NCBI RefSeq assembly: GCF_009914755.1
Contig: NC_060928.1
Reading direction: 5' to 3' (one strand)
DNA: 64,000 bases
From: the human T2T-CHM13v2.0 reference genome, Homo sapiens
Positions 25,123 to 38,697 of this stretch are shown piece after piece. The notes beneath the pieces were generated by a model. The model was given only the letters and a program-made list of their open reading frames with translations. It had not been told where the DNA came from and made no database searches. Position 1 is the first letter of the stretch; every line of letters starts with the position of its first letter. The position numbers and the translations under genes are program-made.

Positions 25123-25829
25123 GCAAGGCCATGTGAATCTTCCTCCACTTGAGTTCAAACCAGCATTAATGTTGGGAACCTTTAGCATCAGTGCTGTTGT
25201 AATGGAAAAGTCCGTGTGCACCCCTCAGAACTCTACCAGTGCCCTTTCTTTTCATGATCTCAGCAAGCGGTATTATAACACCTTTCACTGCAACTTTACT
25301 ATTTCCTGTCAGTCAATAAGCCAGCATGTAGATATGGCTTTGGTTCGTCTTATTCATCAGTTTAGCACAATGATAGATGACATCAAAGCAACTCAGACTG
25401 ATATTAAACTTAGCAGATATACAGCCGGATCTGCTTCCCCAACACCTACCTTCAAAACCAGAAAACATCGGGACTTTCGTTCATCTGACTTTAGCCGCAG
25501 TTCTAGAGGAAGTCTTAATGGTGGCAATAGAGTAAATAATGCAAAGAACAAACGGACCAACAATGAGAATAACAAAAAGGAATCTCGAAACAAGAATTCA
25601 TTAGGAAGATCTGAAAGAAGAACATCAAAAGTGTCTAGGAAAGGTTCAAAAGATGTGGTGGATCACATGACTATTCATATGGATGACTCTGATTCAATTA
25701 CAGTGTCAGAACAAAGTGAGCCTTCAGCTGAGTGCTGGCAGAATATGTATAAATTGCTTAACTTCTATTCACTTATCTCCGATCCAACAGGAATATTGGA
25801 AAAGTCTTCAGAAACATTTGGACCAGCAG
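25123..25829 (+). CDS. BLTP1: BLTP1 coding exon w15 (QGHVNLPP...TFGPA), 707 nt, phase 2-1
   Basis: tttttag|GCAAGG ... GCAG|gtaaca; ORF 25067..25933. Confidence 0.94.
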
Positions 25830-26264
25830 GTAACAGACATTTTTATGTTTTAAAAATTTCCATTTACAATAACAATAATACCAAAGAAGCAGAAGACTGT
25901 TCATCATGTTTTCTTAATGTCGTAAGTGGATAATTGAAATGGAGAGAAATTGTCTATCACCAGGGAAATAAAACAGTAATGGAATTCAGATATCCTGCCA
26001 CCACATTTCCCAACCTTTTAAACTCTTACGTGGTATGTTCTTAAAGGATTTAGACAGACCTGATTTAAAATATCTGGCTCTACTATTCACTTTCAGTAGG
26101 AACTTGGAAAAATGTTGAAGAAATTTTTAATCATTTTGTTGGGGATTAGGAGAAAGAGGACTGGTTGGGAATGTGAAGGAAAGAAAGGTAAGACAATGTT
26201 TGGAATGTCCTTCCATTTTTCAGTCTTCGTATCTAAAATTGTATATTTTCATTTACTTATAAAG

Positions 26265-26510
26265 GAGTTCGGAGCCCTACAGAGCCAACATGTAAAGTTG
26301 TGTTTGAGAATGAACAAGACAACAGCAGTTTGACTAAGACTCAGAGGAAACGTAGCTTGGTAACTTCTGAACCTCAGCATGTTACTCTAATAGTGTTTGG
26401 GATTGGCATGGTGAACCGCACACACCTAGAGGCAGATATTGGTGGACTAACAATGGAATCAGAACTGAAGAGGATCCATGGCAGTTTTACTCTTAAGGAA
26501 AAAATGAAAG
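26265..26510 (+). CDS. BLTP1: BLTP1 coding exon w16 (GVRSPTEP...KEKMK), 246 nt, phase 1-1
   Basis: tataaag|GAGTT ... GAAAG|gtatga; ORF 26300..26557. Confidence 0.92.
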
Positions 26511-26982
26511 GTATGAATGATTTTTCTAATAAAGTGCTATGTATACATAATAATTAGTGCTACTTCTCTGAAGAAAACCACTGCCATGTCTCCAAAATTC
26601 CTAATTGGCAAATTTTTTTTTTCCCAGAAAAACTGGACTTCCCAAATTCTGAGGTACCAAGAACTTTGTTGTAATTGAGTATCAGTGAATTGAGGCAGCT
26701 TTGATGTCTAAATATTTTAGCACATAAATATTGAGTCGATGTACCTATACTCGGTGACATTTATTCTTTGTCTTTTAATATCAACTACTAAGATGTCTCT
26801 AAAGGCTGAACATTTTACCAAAATAATGAAATTTATGAAAAATTTGCTTTTGTTAACTACCATAGAAATCTTATAATCTAATACTAAGTATCTCTATAAA
26901 AAGAAGTCCCTTTAGTTGATATAAAATTTCCTAGGTTAGTGAAAACATACCATTTATCTTGAGAATGATTACACAAGGTATG

Positions 26983-27155
26983 ATATTTTGTCAAATCCAG
27001 GAGCCCATCAATTTGAAGATGCCCTATTATTTTATGTATCACAAAGAAAATACCATTGCCAGATATGGTCAGATGCCATTGATTGTAAACTGCATCCCAC
27101 TTTCAGAGATGCTAAAATAAAAAAGCAAATGTTTCTTAGACTCAGTGGATACAGC
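26983..27155. mobile_element. MER104-like (TcMar-Tc2) MITE remnant
   Basis: gatgccattgattgtaaactgcatcccactttcagagatgctaaaa...tcttaga resembles the recalled MER104 consensus. Confidence 0.45.
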
Positions 27156-28447
27156 AATAAAGTTGCAGGGATTCTCTTGCAGCAATGATTATATAAAACC
27201 AGTGTGGTTTTTTTTCTGGTTGTGAAAATAACCTGACAGATTATATTACATGAGAAAAGGAAGTTATCAATCACCATGTGTTTTTATTGTTAACTTTATG
27301 ATTCAGAAATTTGTAAGGTCTAATCAAAACTTACTTTGAACCTACTTTTTGTTATATACCCTTCTTTACCTGTTTTGTACCCTAAACATTTATTATTTAC
27401 TCAAAAAACTAATTTTAAATTTGAGGATTATGTACTTGGGATTGACATGGTGAACCACACACACGGTTCTCTGAAAAAATTAGGTGGACTGACTGCAAAT
27501 TGCTAAGAAAAATACAAATACATCAGCCTTCCCTGGAAATATCACAAAGGATATAAACAATACACAAATGCTCAGATGTCTAAGTTGATATTTAAAAAAA
27601 AAAAATTGTCAGTTTTTTCATCTGTTTAGCCAAAGTTAAGAATGACCATACTCATTTATGGTGAGAATTAGAGAAATGGACATTTTCATTCACTTTTAAA
27701 TTGATATAAATTGGTTTAACCTGCCTGAAGGTTAATTTAATAGCTTTTATCAGTAGTCTTTAGAGCACATTTATCTTTTGACTCAGCAATTCGAGGTCTG
27801 CAAACCTAGGTATAAGAAATGATCAGAATTGTGTGAAAAGATATCTGTACAAAGAAGCCGCCAAGTGTCTGGCATTAAAGAACTGGTTATTTTTATAAAC
27901 AAACATATGCCAGTTTACAATTTACCCATTAAAATTATACTGCAGAATTTATTAATATGAACAATAATGCTAAATGAAAAAAGTAGGCAAAATTGTTTAT
28001 GTGATTTCATTTTTTTAAGTAATTAAAATATTTATACCCTCCATTAAAATCACAGGAATTATATGGACCAAGAGTGCTGGTTTATGTGGTTTCTTTTTCT
28101 TATTTTTTAAAATTTTCCAACTTTTCTGCAGTAAGTATTATTTCTGAGATGTAAAATGCCATTAGGCTATGTAATGCCAGTAGACTAATGCAGGAATGGC
28201 ATATTGAAGTGTATATTTTGCATTATTGCAATTTTGACATTTAATATGTATGTATGTATTAAATGCAGAGAAATGAAAAACTAAGGAAATTTTTTAAAAA
28301 GTAGCTCTGAAATAGTTGAACAAAATTTACCATAACTTTAAAATTATCTTTTGCTACTGAATATATTATGAATAAAATGTAATTTTAATATGAAATGCAA
28401 GTATCTTATATCCAGAATTCAAATAAATATTTTTTCTCATATTTAAG

Positions 28448-28541
28448 ATGTTTTACATCAAAAGATGACTGAGACTTGTGCTACTGCTCATATTGGTGGG
28501 GTTAATATTGTGCTGCTTGAAGGGATTACACCAAATATACA
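28448..28541 (+). CDS. BLTP1: BLTP1 coding exon w17 (DVLHQKMT...ITPNIQ), 94 nt, phase 1-2
   Basis: atttaag|ATGTT ... ATACA|gtaagt; open frame. Confidence 0.92.
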
Positions 28542-29324
28542 GTAAGTATGTCAGTTTTTATTTTCTTACACTTATAGTTTTAGACAAAAATGGAAATTCT
28601 TTGGATAAACATGCTGAATTTTGAGGTTTGTATATACAATATCAGTTCCCAGATACTGAGAATCCTGTCGTTAAGAATATCACCAAATAAAATATTTTAG
28701 AAAAATACTTTTTGTCTTTCTAAAATTGGTGGTATATACCTTCATTCCTAACTTCCATTCAGCAGAGCAGTTTCATGTTAACTACAAAACAGCCTTTGAT
28801 AATTTAGGTCAGATTTTCAGAATTTGCTCTTTCTTAATATTATGACTAGTTAATGTTGTGCTACTGTTATCCTGTAACACATCCAACATGACTAAATAGA
28901 GGATTTGGTTCAGCGTTATAAAAATTAAGTATTAGTCCTAGATTGACTAAGAAGTATGATATGTTACAGCTCTAATAATATTTTAAAAATCTGAATAATG
29001 TGATAGCTACCTTGGGGAATATTTCCTGAAATGGATGTTTATTAATGGGCCATAGCTTTCTGCAATGAGTTTTGGCTAAAATCAGCAACTCAGACAGGGC
29101 CCATTCTCAAGACTTCCTGGAGACTGTCTGAGGTTCGGTTTGGACCTATAAGTGTAGAACTAAAGACTGTATATTTCATAATAGCTGCCTACTATTCAGA
29201 TCACATTTCCTAAGAAGTCTTTTCAAGAAAGGCAGGAAATTCCGGTGGTTGTGAGAGATGAGATCTTTTTTTGTTCATTCAATATAGGAGAAGGGGTTAT
29301 TATTATGTATTAATTATAATATTA

Positions 29325-29510
29325 TTAAGTGCCTACTGTGGGCCAGAAGCCTCACCTAGATTATTATATTTAATCTTCACTGCAATTTTGGGAACTGGAG
29401 TGGTCTTATCTACCTTTACAGAACAATAAATTGAGGTTCAGAAAGATCAACATAGTGCCTAAAATACTTAATATAGTCAGTAAGAAGAGATGCCTGAATC
29501 TATACTCTTT
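29325..29510 (-). mobile_element. MIR fragment (approximate bounds)
   Basis: tattaagtgcctactgtgggccag...tttaatcttcac...tttacaga...aaattgaggttcaga. Confidence 0.65.
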
Positions 29511-30076
29511 CGACCTTATAATGCTTCTACTGAAAGTCATAGACCATGGATTCCACGAATCCTTCATTTACTCTAAATTTGAAGTACCATGGGTACGTTA
29601 CCTTCAGAAAGTAAACTAAATTTCTTTAGGTGTCCCATGAGTTTTATTTACTCTATCCTCCTGGATCACTTCTCTTCATTATTTGTTATCTCTTAAGAGA
29701 AGGGCTTCCAATAGTCTTTAACCTTGCAAAACATAATGTTTATAGAACAGATTTTTGGTAAAGTATTATATAGCTGATATTTCTTGCTCTTTTTTCCCCC
29801 AAGTAAAGATCCCTTAACTGTTTTATTTGAAAAATAAAAATTATTTATTAGTTACTGCCAAACTCGTAGTGTATTCTTTGGTATTTCATTTTCAATTGCA
29901 ATGAAGAGGAAATGGAATGGAAAAAAATGGTTCAAATGGTACTTTAAAGGAACATTTTAAGAGTGGGAAATTAGAAAAGCTTTCCAGATGATTGGTCATA
30001 TTGTAACTAATTTGTGCATGAATGTTTATTTGCCTCCTTTTTGTTTTCCCACTTTCTCTTGACTCTTCATCTGTAG

Positions 30077-30127
30077 ACTGGAGGATTTTCCTACATCTCC
30101 TACAAGTACAGCCAAACAAGAGTTTCT
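30077..30127 (+). CDS. BLTP1: BLTP1 51-nt symmetric micro-exon w18 (LEDFPTSPTSTAKQEFL), phase 2-2, probably a cassette exon
   Basis: Long pyrimidine tract then ctgtag|ACTGGAG ... TTTCT|gtatgt; the frame is kept whether it is included or skipped. Confidence 0.78.
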
Positions 30128-31200
30128 GTATGTCATATTATTCTTTTTCATGGCTTTGTAATTACTGTAGTATTGAATAGTTTTTAAAATATTTAAATTT
30201 TTTTCATGGCTGTGAATTATTTAGTTATTGTTTTGTAGCTGTAATATAGGCCCTTTTATATAATAGATTAAAGCTTACTGGTAATCAAGGAAAACACAGG
30301 TAAGGGCTGCTTTTTTGGTAATTCATACCTTGTCTGTTGTTGTTGACAAGTTGTAACACTGTAGTTGTGTGTTGCTTGTGCCTTTTCAGACATGTTACTA
30401 TTAAAATTTCTATGATCAAAGTACTTAATTTTTGATATGATAATGGAAGCTTAAAAAATTCACTTTGCAAGAAAGAGTTTTCACTAATTGTAGAAATAAT
30501 TATTAAAACACTAACAAAACATCTGTACATCTCAGCCTTATAATTCTGTATTTAAGATGGGGAGAGTTGACTACTCTGTTAATAGATTTTCATGGCCTTT
30601 ACTATATGTAAATATGTGTTTAGTTTCATTCAATAGATGAATGCTGTTCACATCTAGAGAGCCATTTGCATGTCAGCACCATCTGGGTGTGTTCTGGCTT
30701 ATGTTGAAACTGAACTTGAAATGTTGGTGTTAAACAATGGTTTTAATTATTATAATGTTAGAAATGATTCAAAATTCAGTAAGTAGCAGCATTTCAGAGC
30801 CTACCTTCATGCTGACTAGGCCAATTCCGTAAACTACTGCCTCCACCCTCTGGTGATCATCTCTGAGAAATAGTGTCTTGTGGAAGAAAAAAGTGTATTT
30901 CTCTAGTAATTGGTTTTGAATTTTATGTAATACCTAGATTTTACTGTTTATAAACAATCAAGACCTCTGATAGAGCTACTGTTGGGCTTTGCGTTTATCC
31001 TAATAAAAGTTAAATGTGATGAACTGGTTCTTCATATCTTTGAGACTATAAATAATTGGCAAATTTTCTGCAGCCCAGCAGAGATTATGTAAACTGGCCT
31101 GTAATTAATATGAAATATGTATTTTGTGTATTTTGCCAAATTTAGTGATTGTCAAGAATCATTTGCCCATTTGAAGGATCACATTTATATTAGAAGTTAT

Positions 31201-31450
<250 letters not shown>

Positions 31451-32237
31451 AAATAATGTATGTGAGGGTGTGTGTATGTGTCAAACACTACTTCATTATG
31501 GCTTCTACATAAATGTCCTATCATATCCTATCTGTGGAATTCCACAGTTGTAGTGGTAGAAGTCATTCTTTTGCTTTACTTCTTTCTGCTCTTTCATTTC
31601 ACAAATATTTGGCAAGTGTCTATTTTAATCTCCCAGGAACTGTTCTAGGCATTGGAAAGAGCAAAAGAAATCAAGAAAGATCGTATCTTTGCTTTATATC
31701 TGTACTAGTAATTAAAGGATACCAATTCTTAATAAAAGTAATAGCCTTGCTCATTATGAATCAGACTTTTATCATTTGTTTACCACTCACTGAAAATGAA
31801 AAGCAGAAAATGCAAGTTACACTTCCTCCTTCCTATCAATTTCTTGTAACATAGTGGATGATTGTTATTCTAATTTCTTTGACTCCCTAATTAGATTTTA
31901 AGAAGTATAGTGAATATTTTTTCTTTTCATATTTAATGTCTGTATAGTGGTTGTACAGATCTCTAAAATAAGGTGGAGAAGAAAAGAGTTCTGAATGGGG
32001 GTAAAATAAAAAGTGGAATGTTGTGTGTCTGTGTATGTAATATAAAATATCTTGTTCATGTTTTTACTTACATGTGAGAATATACTTATTTTCTTCTATA
32101 GATTCTTCCTATTAAAGAAATTAAACACTATTCAGTGCAAATAGCATAAAATAAATATATTAATATTTTTAGATAACATTGTTTCTTCATTGTATAAACA
32201 CATAAAAATTTTTAAGTCGTTTCAGTTCATTCAGTTA

Positions 32238-33782
32238 CGAGGGGGCTTCACAAACTGTGGAAAATGGAATTAAAGATATAAAAAAAATAAACTTTATTTC
32301 CCAACATAAGGTCCATCAAGTTCAAGACACTTTTCTAATCAGTGATACCAGCCATTTATTCCTTCGCTAATGAACAGAGGGGTCCCATGACAATGCAGTC
32401 TTTTTCACATTATTAACTGAAGAGAAATGCGCACCCTTTAATTTTTTTTCTTTTTAATTAGGAAACAAAAAAAGTCAGAAGGAGCCAAATTAAGACTGTG
32501 AAATGGATGCCTACTGATTTCCCATCAAAACTCTTAACAGAATTGCTCTTGTTTGACAAGAGGAATGAGCGAGAGCATTGTTGTGGTGGAGGACTGGTAA
32601 AGCTTTCCCGAGCATTTTTCTAGTAAAGCTAGGGCTACCTTTCTGAAATCACTCTCTTAATAAGCAGATGTTATCATTCTTTGGCCCTCAAGAAAGTCAA
32701 CAAGCAAAATGCCTTGAGCATCCCAAAAAACTGTTGCCATGACCTTTGCTTTTGACTGGTCCACTTTTATCTGCTCCCCATGCGGGAGTGCAGTGGTGCA
32801 ATCTCAGCTCACTGCAATCTCCGTCTCCTGGGTTCACGCAATCCTCCCACCTCATCCTTCCAAGTAGCAGGGACTGCAGGTATGTGCCACTATACCCAGC
32901 TAATTTTTATATTTTTTCTAGAGATGGGTTTTTTCCTTGTTGCCCAGGCTGATTTCAAACTCCCGAGCTCAAGTGATCTGCTCACCTCACTTTCAAAGTG
33001 TTGGGATTACAGGTGGGAGCCACCATGCCCAGCCATGACTGATCTGCTTTTGATTTGACTGGACCACTTCCACTTCTTTGTAGCCATTGCTTTGATTGTA
33101 CTTTAGTTTTAGTATTGTACTGGTAAAGCTATGTTTAATCTCCCATTACAATTCTTTGAAGAAATGCTTCAGGATCTTGATCTCACTTGTTTAAAATTTC
33201 CATTGAAAGCTCTGCCTTTGTTTGGAGTTGATCTGGGAGCAATGGTTTTGGCACCCATCGAGTGGAAAAGTTTGCTCAACTTTGATTTTTTAGTCAGAAT
33301 TGTGTAAGCTGAATCAATTGAAGTTGTCTATGGTGTTGGCTGTTGTTTGTGCTGTTAATTGTTGGTCCTCTTCAGTTAGACACAAAGAAGATAAAATTTT
33401 TCCTTGCAAATTGATACTTGGTTTGCCACTGTGGGCTTCATCAACATTGTCTTGTCCCTTCTTGAGTTATCCATTTGTAAACTGCTGATTGCTTTGGGAT
33501 ACTATCCCCAAAGGCTTTTTATAAAGCATCAATGATTTTGCTATAATTCGCCCAAACTTCACCATAAACTTGATGCTTGTTCTTGCTTCAATTTTAGCAG
33601 AATTCATGTTGTTTTGATGGGGGCTCTGTCAAACTGATATCTTATCCTTCTTGGTACTTTAAAGAAGATCATGTTCACATGTTTCAACAAGTGAATATGA
33701 GTTTATTTTGGTGCAAAATAATTCTGAAATCTACACTTTTTTTGTAATACACATTTTCCATGAACTTTTTGAAGACCTCTCA
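32238..33782 (-). mobile_element. Near full-length HSMAR2 mariner transposon fossil, interrupted by an Alu
   Basis: TIRs ta-cgagggggcttcacaaactgtggaaaatg and cattttccatgaactttttgaagacctctca; minus-strand ATG at 33607 reads MNSAKIEARTSIKFMVK; decayed IVxGDxTWLYQY motif. Confidence 0.85.
32785..33035 (-). mobile_element. Old Alu lacking its tail, nested in HSMAR2
   Basis: ggagtgcagtggtgcaatctc...ccatgcccagcc; degenerate duplication of tgactggtccrctttt on both sides. Confidence 0.88.
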
Positions 33783-33879
33783 AATTTATAAGTATTTTTC
33801 TTGCTCTCAATATTTTTTCAAAATTTCTCTTTACTTGGCTGTTGGCTGTATTTTAATAGTCTTCTTTCTCTATTGATAG

Positions 33880-34086
33880 AACTGTAGTGAAATGTAGTAT
33901 TGCCAAGTCCCAAGCCCTCTACAGTGCCCAAAGAGGGCTGAAGACAAACAATGCTGCTGTGTTCAAAGTAGGAGCTATCAGTATCAACATTCCTCAGCAC
34001 CCTGCCACCTTACATAGCATGATGGTTCGAAGTTCTCACCAACTATCTAAACAAATCTCAGACCTAATCAGACAGCCTTCTACAGC
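33880..34086 (+). CDS. BLTP1: BLTP1 coding exon w19 (TVVKCSIA...QPSTA), 207 nt, phase 2-2
   Basis: ttgatag|AACTG ... ACAGC|gtaagt; ORF 33887..34090. Confidence 0.92.
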
Positions 34087-34569
34087 GTAAGTTATTTTAT
34101 TTGTTCACATTCTGTGATTCCATATACTACCTCAGGGTATTCTTTGCTGCATTAACAAAAGTTTGGAGGGAGATGAAGGGTTACTTCTAAGTATCGACCA
34201 TTATGGACAGTGGAGCAAGAGGAGAGTAGCCAATTGTGATCATGTGAGAATGACTTTTGAAAGCATTAAAGTACAGTGTCGTCAGTGCAATTGTCAGTGT
34301 TCCATATTGCATAAACAAAGCTTAAGAGATCCTAGAGATTTGTGGGTATTGTAAGAGGTACTAATAAAAAGCAAATTGGTGAATTCCAGGACCATGTCAA
34401 TCCTTGTTTACTTTGAATTCATTGGAAACTTATGACTGCACAGATTTAAGAAAGTATAGCAGTGGTCATTTATGTCCCAAGGCAGCATTTGACCATGCCA
34501 CATAAATGTTTTAAAGGGCAGTAAATTTGAGCATTAACCTTTATTCCCTATGTCTGTAGCCTTTGTTCA

Positions 34570-34815
<246 letters not shown>

Positions 34816-35059
34816 TTACGTTTTATTTCCCACATCCTATAAGTGGGAAAACATTAGTGTGTCTTTTGAAGGTGCCTCAAAGCTGATTTTTCCAATTGTT
34901 TTATCTAAATCTTTAATTCTGATATAATGTTTAATCATGGCTGAAGCTAAGTAGTAAAAATTTAAATGTTTTTCCTCTGAATAGAAATATGGAATCCAGA
35001 GTGTATACTTAAATTTTAGTTTTAAAATGCTCCAAGGAGCTTTTCCTTACTATAGTATC

Positions 35060-35250
35060 AGTAGAGTGTAGTAGTTGAAAAATCAGACCCTGGAGTCAGA
35101 CTGATTGGGTTCAAATCCTAGTTTCAGCACTCTAGCTATGCTTCCTCATTTTGCAACGTGGAGACAATAGTACCTACTTATTAAAGTGAGATAAATGAGA
35201 CAAAGCACACAATGCACTAAGAACAGTACCTGCCACTCAAATTGTTATTA
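35060..35250 (+). mobile_element. MIR fragment
   Basis: ctggagtcagactgattgggttcaaatcc...gcactaagaacagtacctg. Confidence 0.65.
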
Positions 35251-35640
35251 TTGTTATTGTTGGGGTTGGTGTTGTCATTCTTAACAGTAGTAGTAGTAGT
35301 AATGTCAATAATATCAGTAGTAGCGTGTAATAGTTAAGTGATAGAATTTGGAATCAGACAAATCTGAGTTTAAATCCCAGTTTTGTAATAATGATAAGAA
35401 TCACCTTCACAGTATAACATTCTAAGAGTCTCATATTGTTATTACTTTTTCTTGTCTACTTTTCCATATCATCATTGTTCAACAGGTGTTTTAGAAAGTC
35501 TGAATATGATCTGATATTGGAAAGAAAACATCTATTCACAGTATATATTTGCTATTTTTCACTGAGAAATCCAGTGATTTTCTACAATAAAATGGTACGT
35601 CCTGTGTTTATTTTTTAATTATTTTTTTTTTGCTTTCTAG

Positions 35641-35879
35641 CCCACAGCCTGTAAAAGAAGATATTGCAACCCCACTACCTTCTGAAAAAACCCCAACAAG
35701 TGTTAATCAAACTCCTGTTGAAACAAATGAATTTCCTCAGCTACCAGAAGGCTTAGAAAAGAAGCCTATTGTTCTTAAATTCAGTGCCATGTTAGATGGT
35801 ATAGCCATTGGAGCAGCACTTTTACCATCTCTGAAAGCAGAATACAAGATGGGAAGAATGAGAAGTCATGGAATGACAG
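35641..35879 (+). CDS. BLTP1: BLTP1 coding exon w20 (PQPVKEDI...SHGMT), 239 nt, phase 2-1
   Basis: tttctag|CCCAC ... GACAG|gtaata; ORF 35630..35896. Confidence 0.92.
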
Positions 35880-36464
35880 GTAATATTGAATTCTGAATTC
35901 ACTCTCTTAAAATTTATGATTTGTTTGAGAAATTAGTAATATTTTGATAAAAAGGTAAATTTGGTTTTATAGATATTATAAGTAATTTTGATTATAACAT
36001 TTAAAGTTCATTAATGATGTTCTCTAGTCAAGTAAAAATATCAATCCCCCACCCCAAAACCTTGAATGACCAGAATGAACTCTTTTGAACTCCATAAAAT
36101 TATTCAACTATGGAGGCCATTTCTCCAATTTAAACTTAAGTTGAAGAAATTAACCCATTTCTACATCTATTAAGTTTTTAATAGACTGAATAACTTGGTT
36201 TATTTTCACATTGGGTTCATTTAGCTCAAATCAGGGGTCATTTGATTTCTTCAAAACAGCTAATTCTGTATGGTTTTGTGACCCTTATATTAATATATCC
36301 TATCTCAAAATTCCTTGCTTTTAATATTTATGAAATATATCATGTATACAAAGCATGTAAATTATACATATACACATTTTAAAGAATAATTAAGTACTGT
36401 GAACTCACCAACCCACAATATAGCCTAAGAATTGGCACATTACCAATACTTTGAAGCCTTCTTT

Positions 36465-36770
<306 letters not shown>

Positions 36771-37347
36771 TCATGGAATTACTGCTATCATGAATTTTGT
36801 CTTACCCATTCTTTTGCTTTCCCATATAGTTTTACCATATATGTATATACTCATAAATGATTTAAAGTTTGCTTTTAGCTGTTTTGAACTTTGTTTATAT
36901 GGAATCTCACATTTTTTAACTAGGAATTTTTTTATTTGACTAAGAGCTCCTTACGAGTTTATATATATAAAATGCCAGTTGATGGTTCTTTTTTTTTGCT
37001 CACTTTACCATTGAGTCATTTGTATTTTTCTTGATTCGCAATAATTCTTCATAAATTCTGTATATTAACTCTTTGATATCATGTTTATATGTTGTCACCT
37101 AGTTGGAGGCTTATCATTTAACTTTTTCTTTTGATCAGCAGACATTCTTCATTTTCATGTAATTGAATTTACCATTATTTTTCCTGTATGATGTGTATTT
37201 TTATGTCCTGAAGAAATGCTTCTCTTCCTAGGATAATAAAAATATTTTGTTACATTTTTTCTTGAATGTTTTGAGTTTTGCTATTCATATTTAAGTTTTT
37301 AATCTATCTTAATCAATTATTATTGTTCTTAGATTTGGCATGGGATA

Positions 37348-37404
37348 GTATATAACCAGTGATCATTGTATATAACCAGTGATCATTGTATATAACCAAT
37401 GATC
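37348..37404. repeat. 20-bp tandem repeat gtatataaccagtgatcatt, about 2.9 copies
   Basis: Directly visible. Confidence 0.95.
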
Positions 37405-37617
37405 TCAGCATCACTTATTGATTATTCTTTTTTTCCAGTGGCATATAATCCAGAAATTTGTCACATCTTAAGTGTTATTTTTAATGTGGGAGTCTAGTTC
37501 TGAGTTTTCTATTCTGCTTCATTGATCTCTTTGTACCAGTATCATGTTGCTGCCTGACTTTTTCTTTTTCAGGAATTGTCCTGGCTGTTTTTGATCCTTT
37601 GCTCTTTCATATACGTT

Positions 37618-37914
37618 GTTTATTTTTATTTTTTGAGACAGGGTCTCACTTTGTTGCCCAGGCTGGAGGGCAGTGGCATGATCACAGCTCTCTGCAGCCT
37701 TGACCTCCTCAAGTGATCCTCCAGTCTCAGCCCTGTGAGTAGCCAGGACTATAGGCATGCACCACCACATCTGGCTAATTTTAAAATTTTTTGTAGAGAT
37801 GGTGGGATTTCACTGTGTTGCCTAGGCTGGTGTTGAACTCCTGGCCTCAAGCGATCCGCCTGCCTTGGTCTCCCAAAGTGCTGGTATTACAGGCATCAGC
37901 CACCATGCCTGGCC
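37618..37914 (-). mobile_element. AluJ-like, antisense
   Basis: gagacagggtctcac...gcagccttgacctcc...cctcaagcgatcc...cctggcc. Confidence 0.93.
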
Positions 37915-38697
37915 TCATAAACATTTTAGAATCAGTTTAAGTTCCCTGAAAAAGCCTGTTTAGACTTTTGTAGGAACTTAATTGAATCTATAGATTTATT
38001 TGGGGAGAAATGACAACTAAACAATATTCAACCTTCCTATCCTTGAGTAAGTCTTATTTCTCTGTTGTTTAGGTCTTCTTTAATGTTTTTGTATAAAGTT
38101 TAAAATTTTTCTACTTAAAGGTTTTTGTGCGTCTTTTACAAGATGTATTTATTTATTAAGATATCTAGGTATCTTGTGGTGTTGTAGCTATTACAAATGT
38201 TATCTTTTGTAAAATGGCATTTTTCTAAACTGTTGGTAGTCTACAAGTGTGCTTGATGCTTTTTTGTTAATCTGATACTCAGCAACCACATTAAACTATT
38301 ATTACCAATAAGTTGTAGATTCTTAGGAGTTTTATCTATAGACAGTCATACTGTTTAAACAGCAAATAATGATACTTTTGTTTCTTTCCAACTTTTATTT
38401 CTTTTTCTTGCCTTATGGTGCTTGCCTTGTCTGATTTTCTTAAAGGAATCAACATTACATGAATAAGTCTGATGTCTGCTCTAGGTTTCTGCTATCAGGT
38501 TAAGAAAATGTACTTATTTTCCCACTGTGCTTAAGAGTTTCTATGAAGAATTATTGGTAAATGTAATCAGATACTTTGTTCTGTATCTAATGAAATGAAA
38601 ATGTATTGTCTCCTTTATTATGTTAACATAATTTAAAAATATATACATATATATGAATATATGCAGACATGTACATATTTATGTAAGTATGTGTATA

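Noticed and set aside
25393-25593. Minus-strand 66-aa ORF inside exon w15
   Set aside because: It is the antisense shadow of the coding frame, with no independent gene signals.
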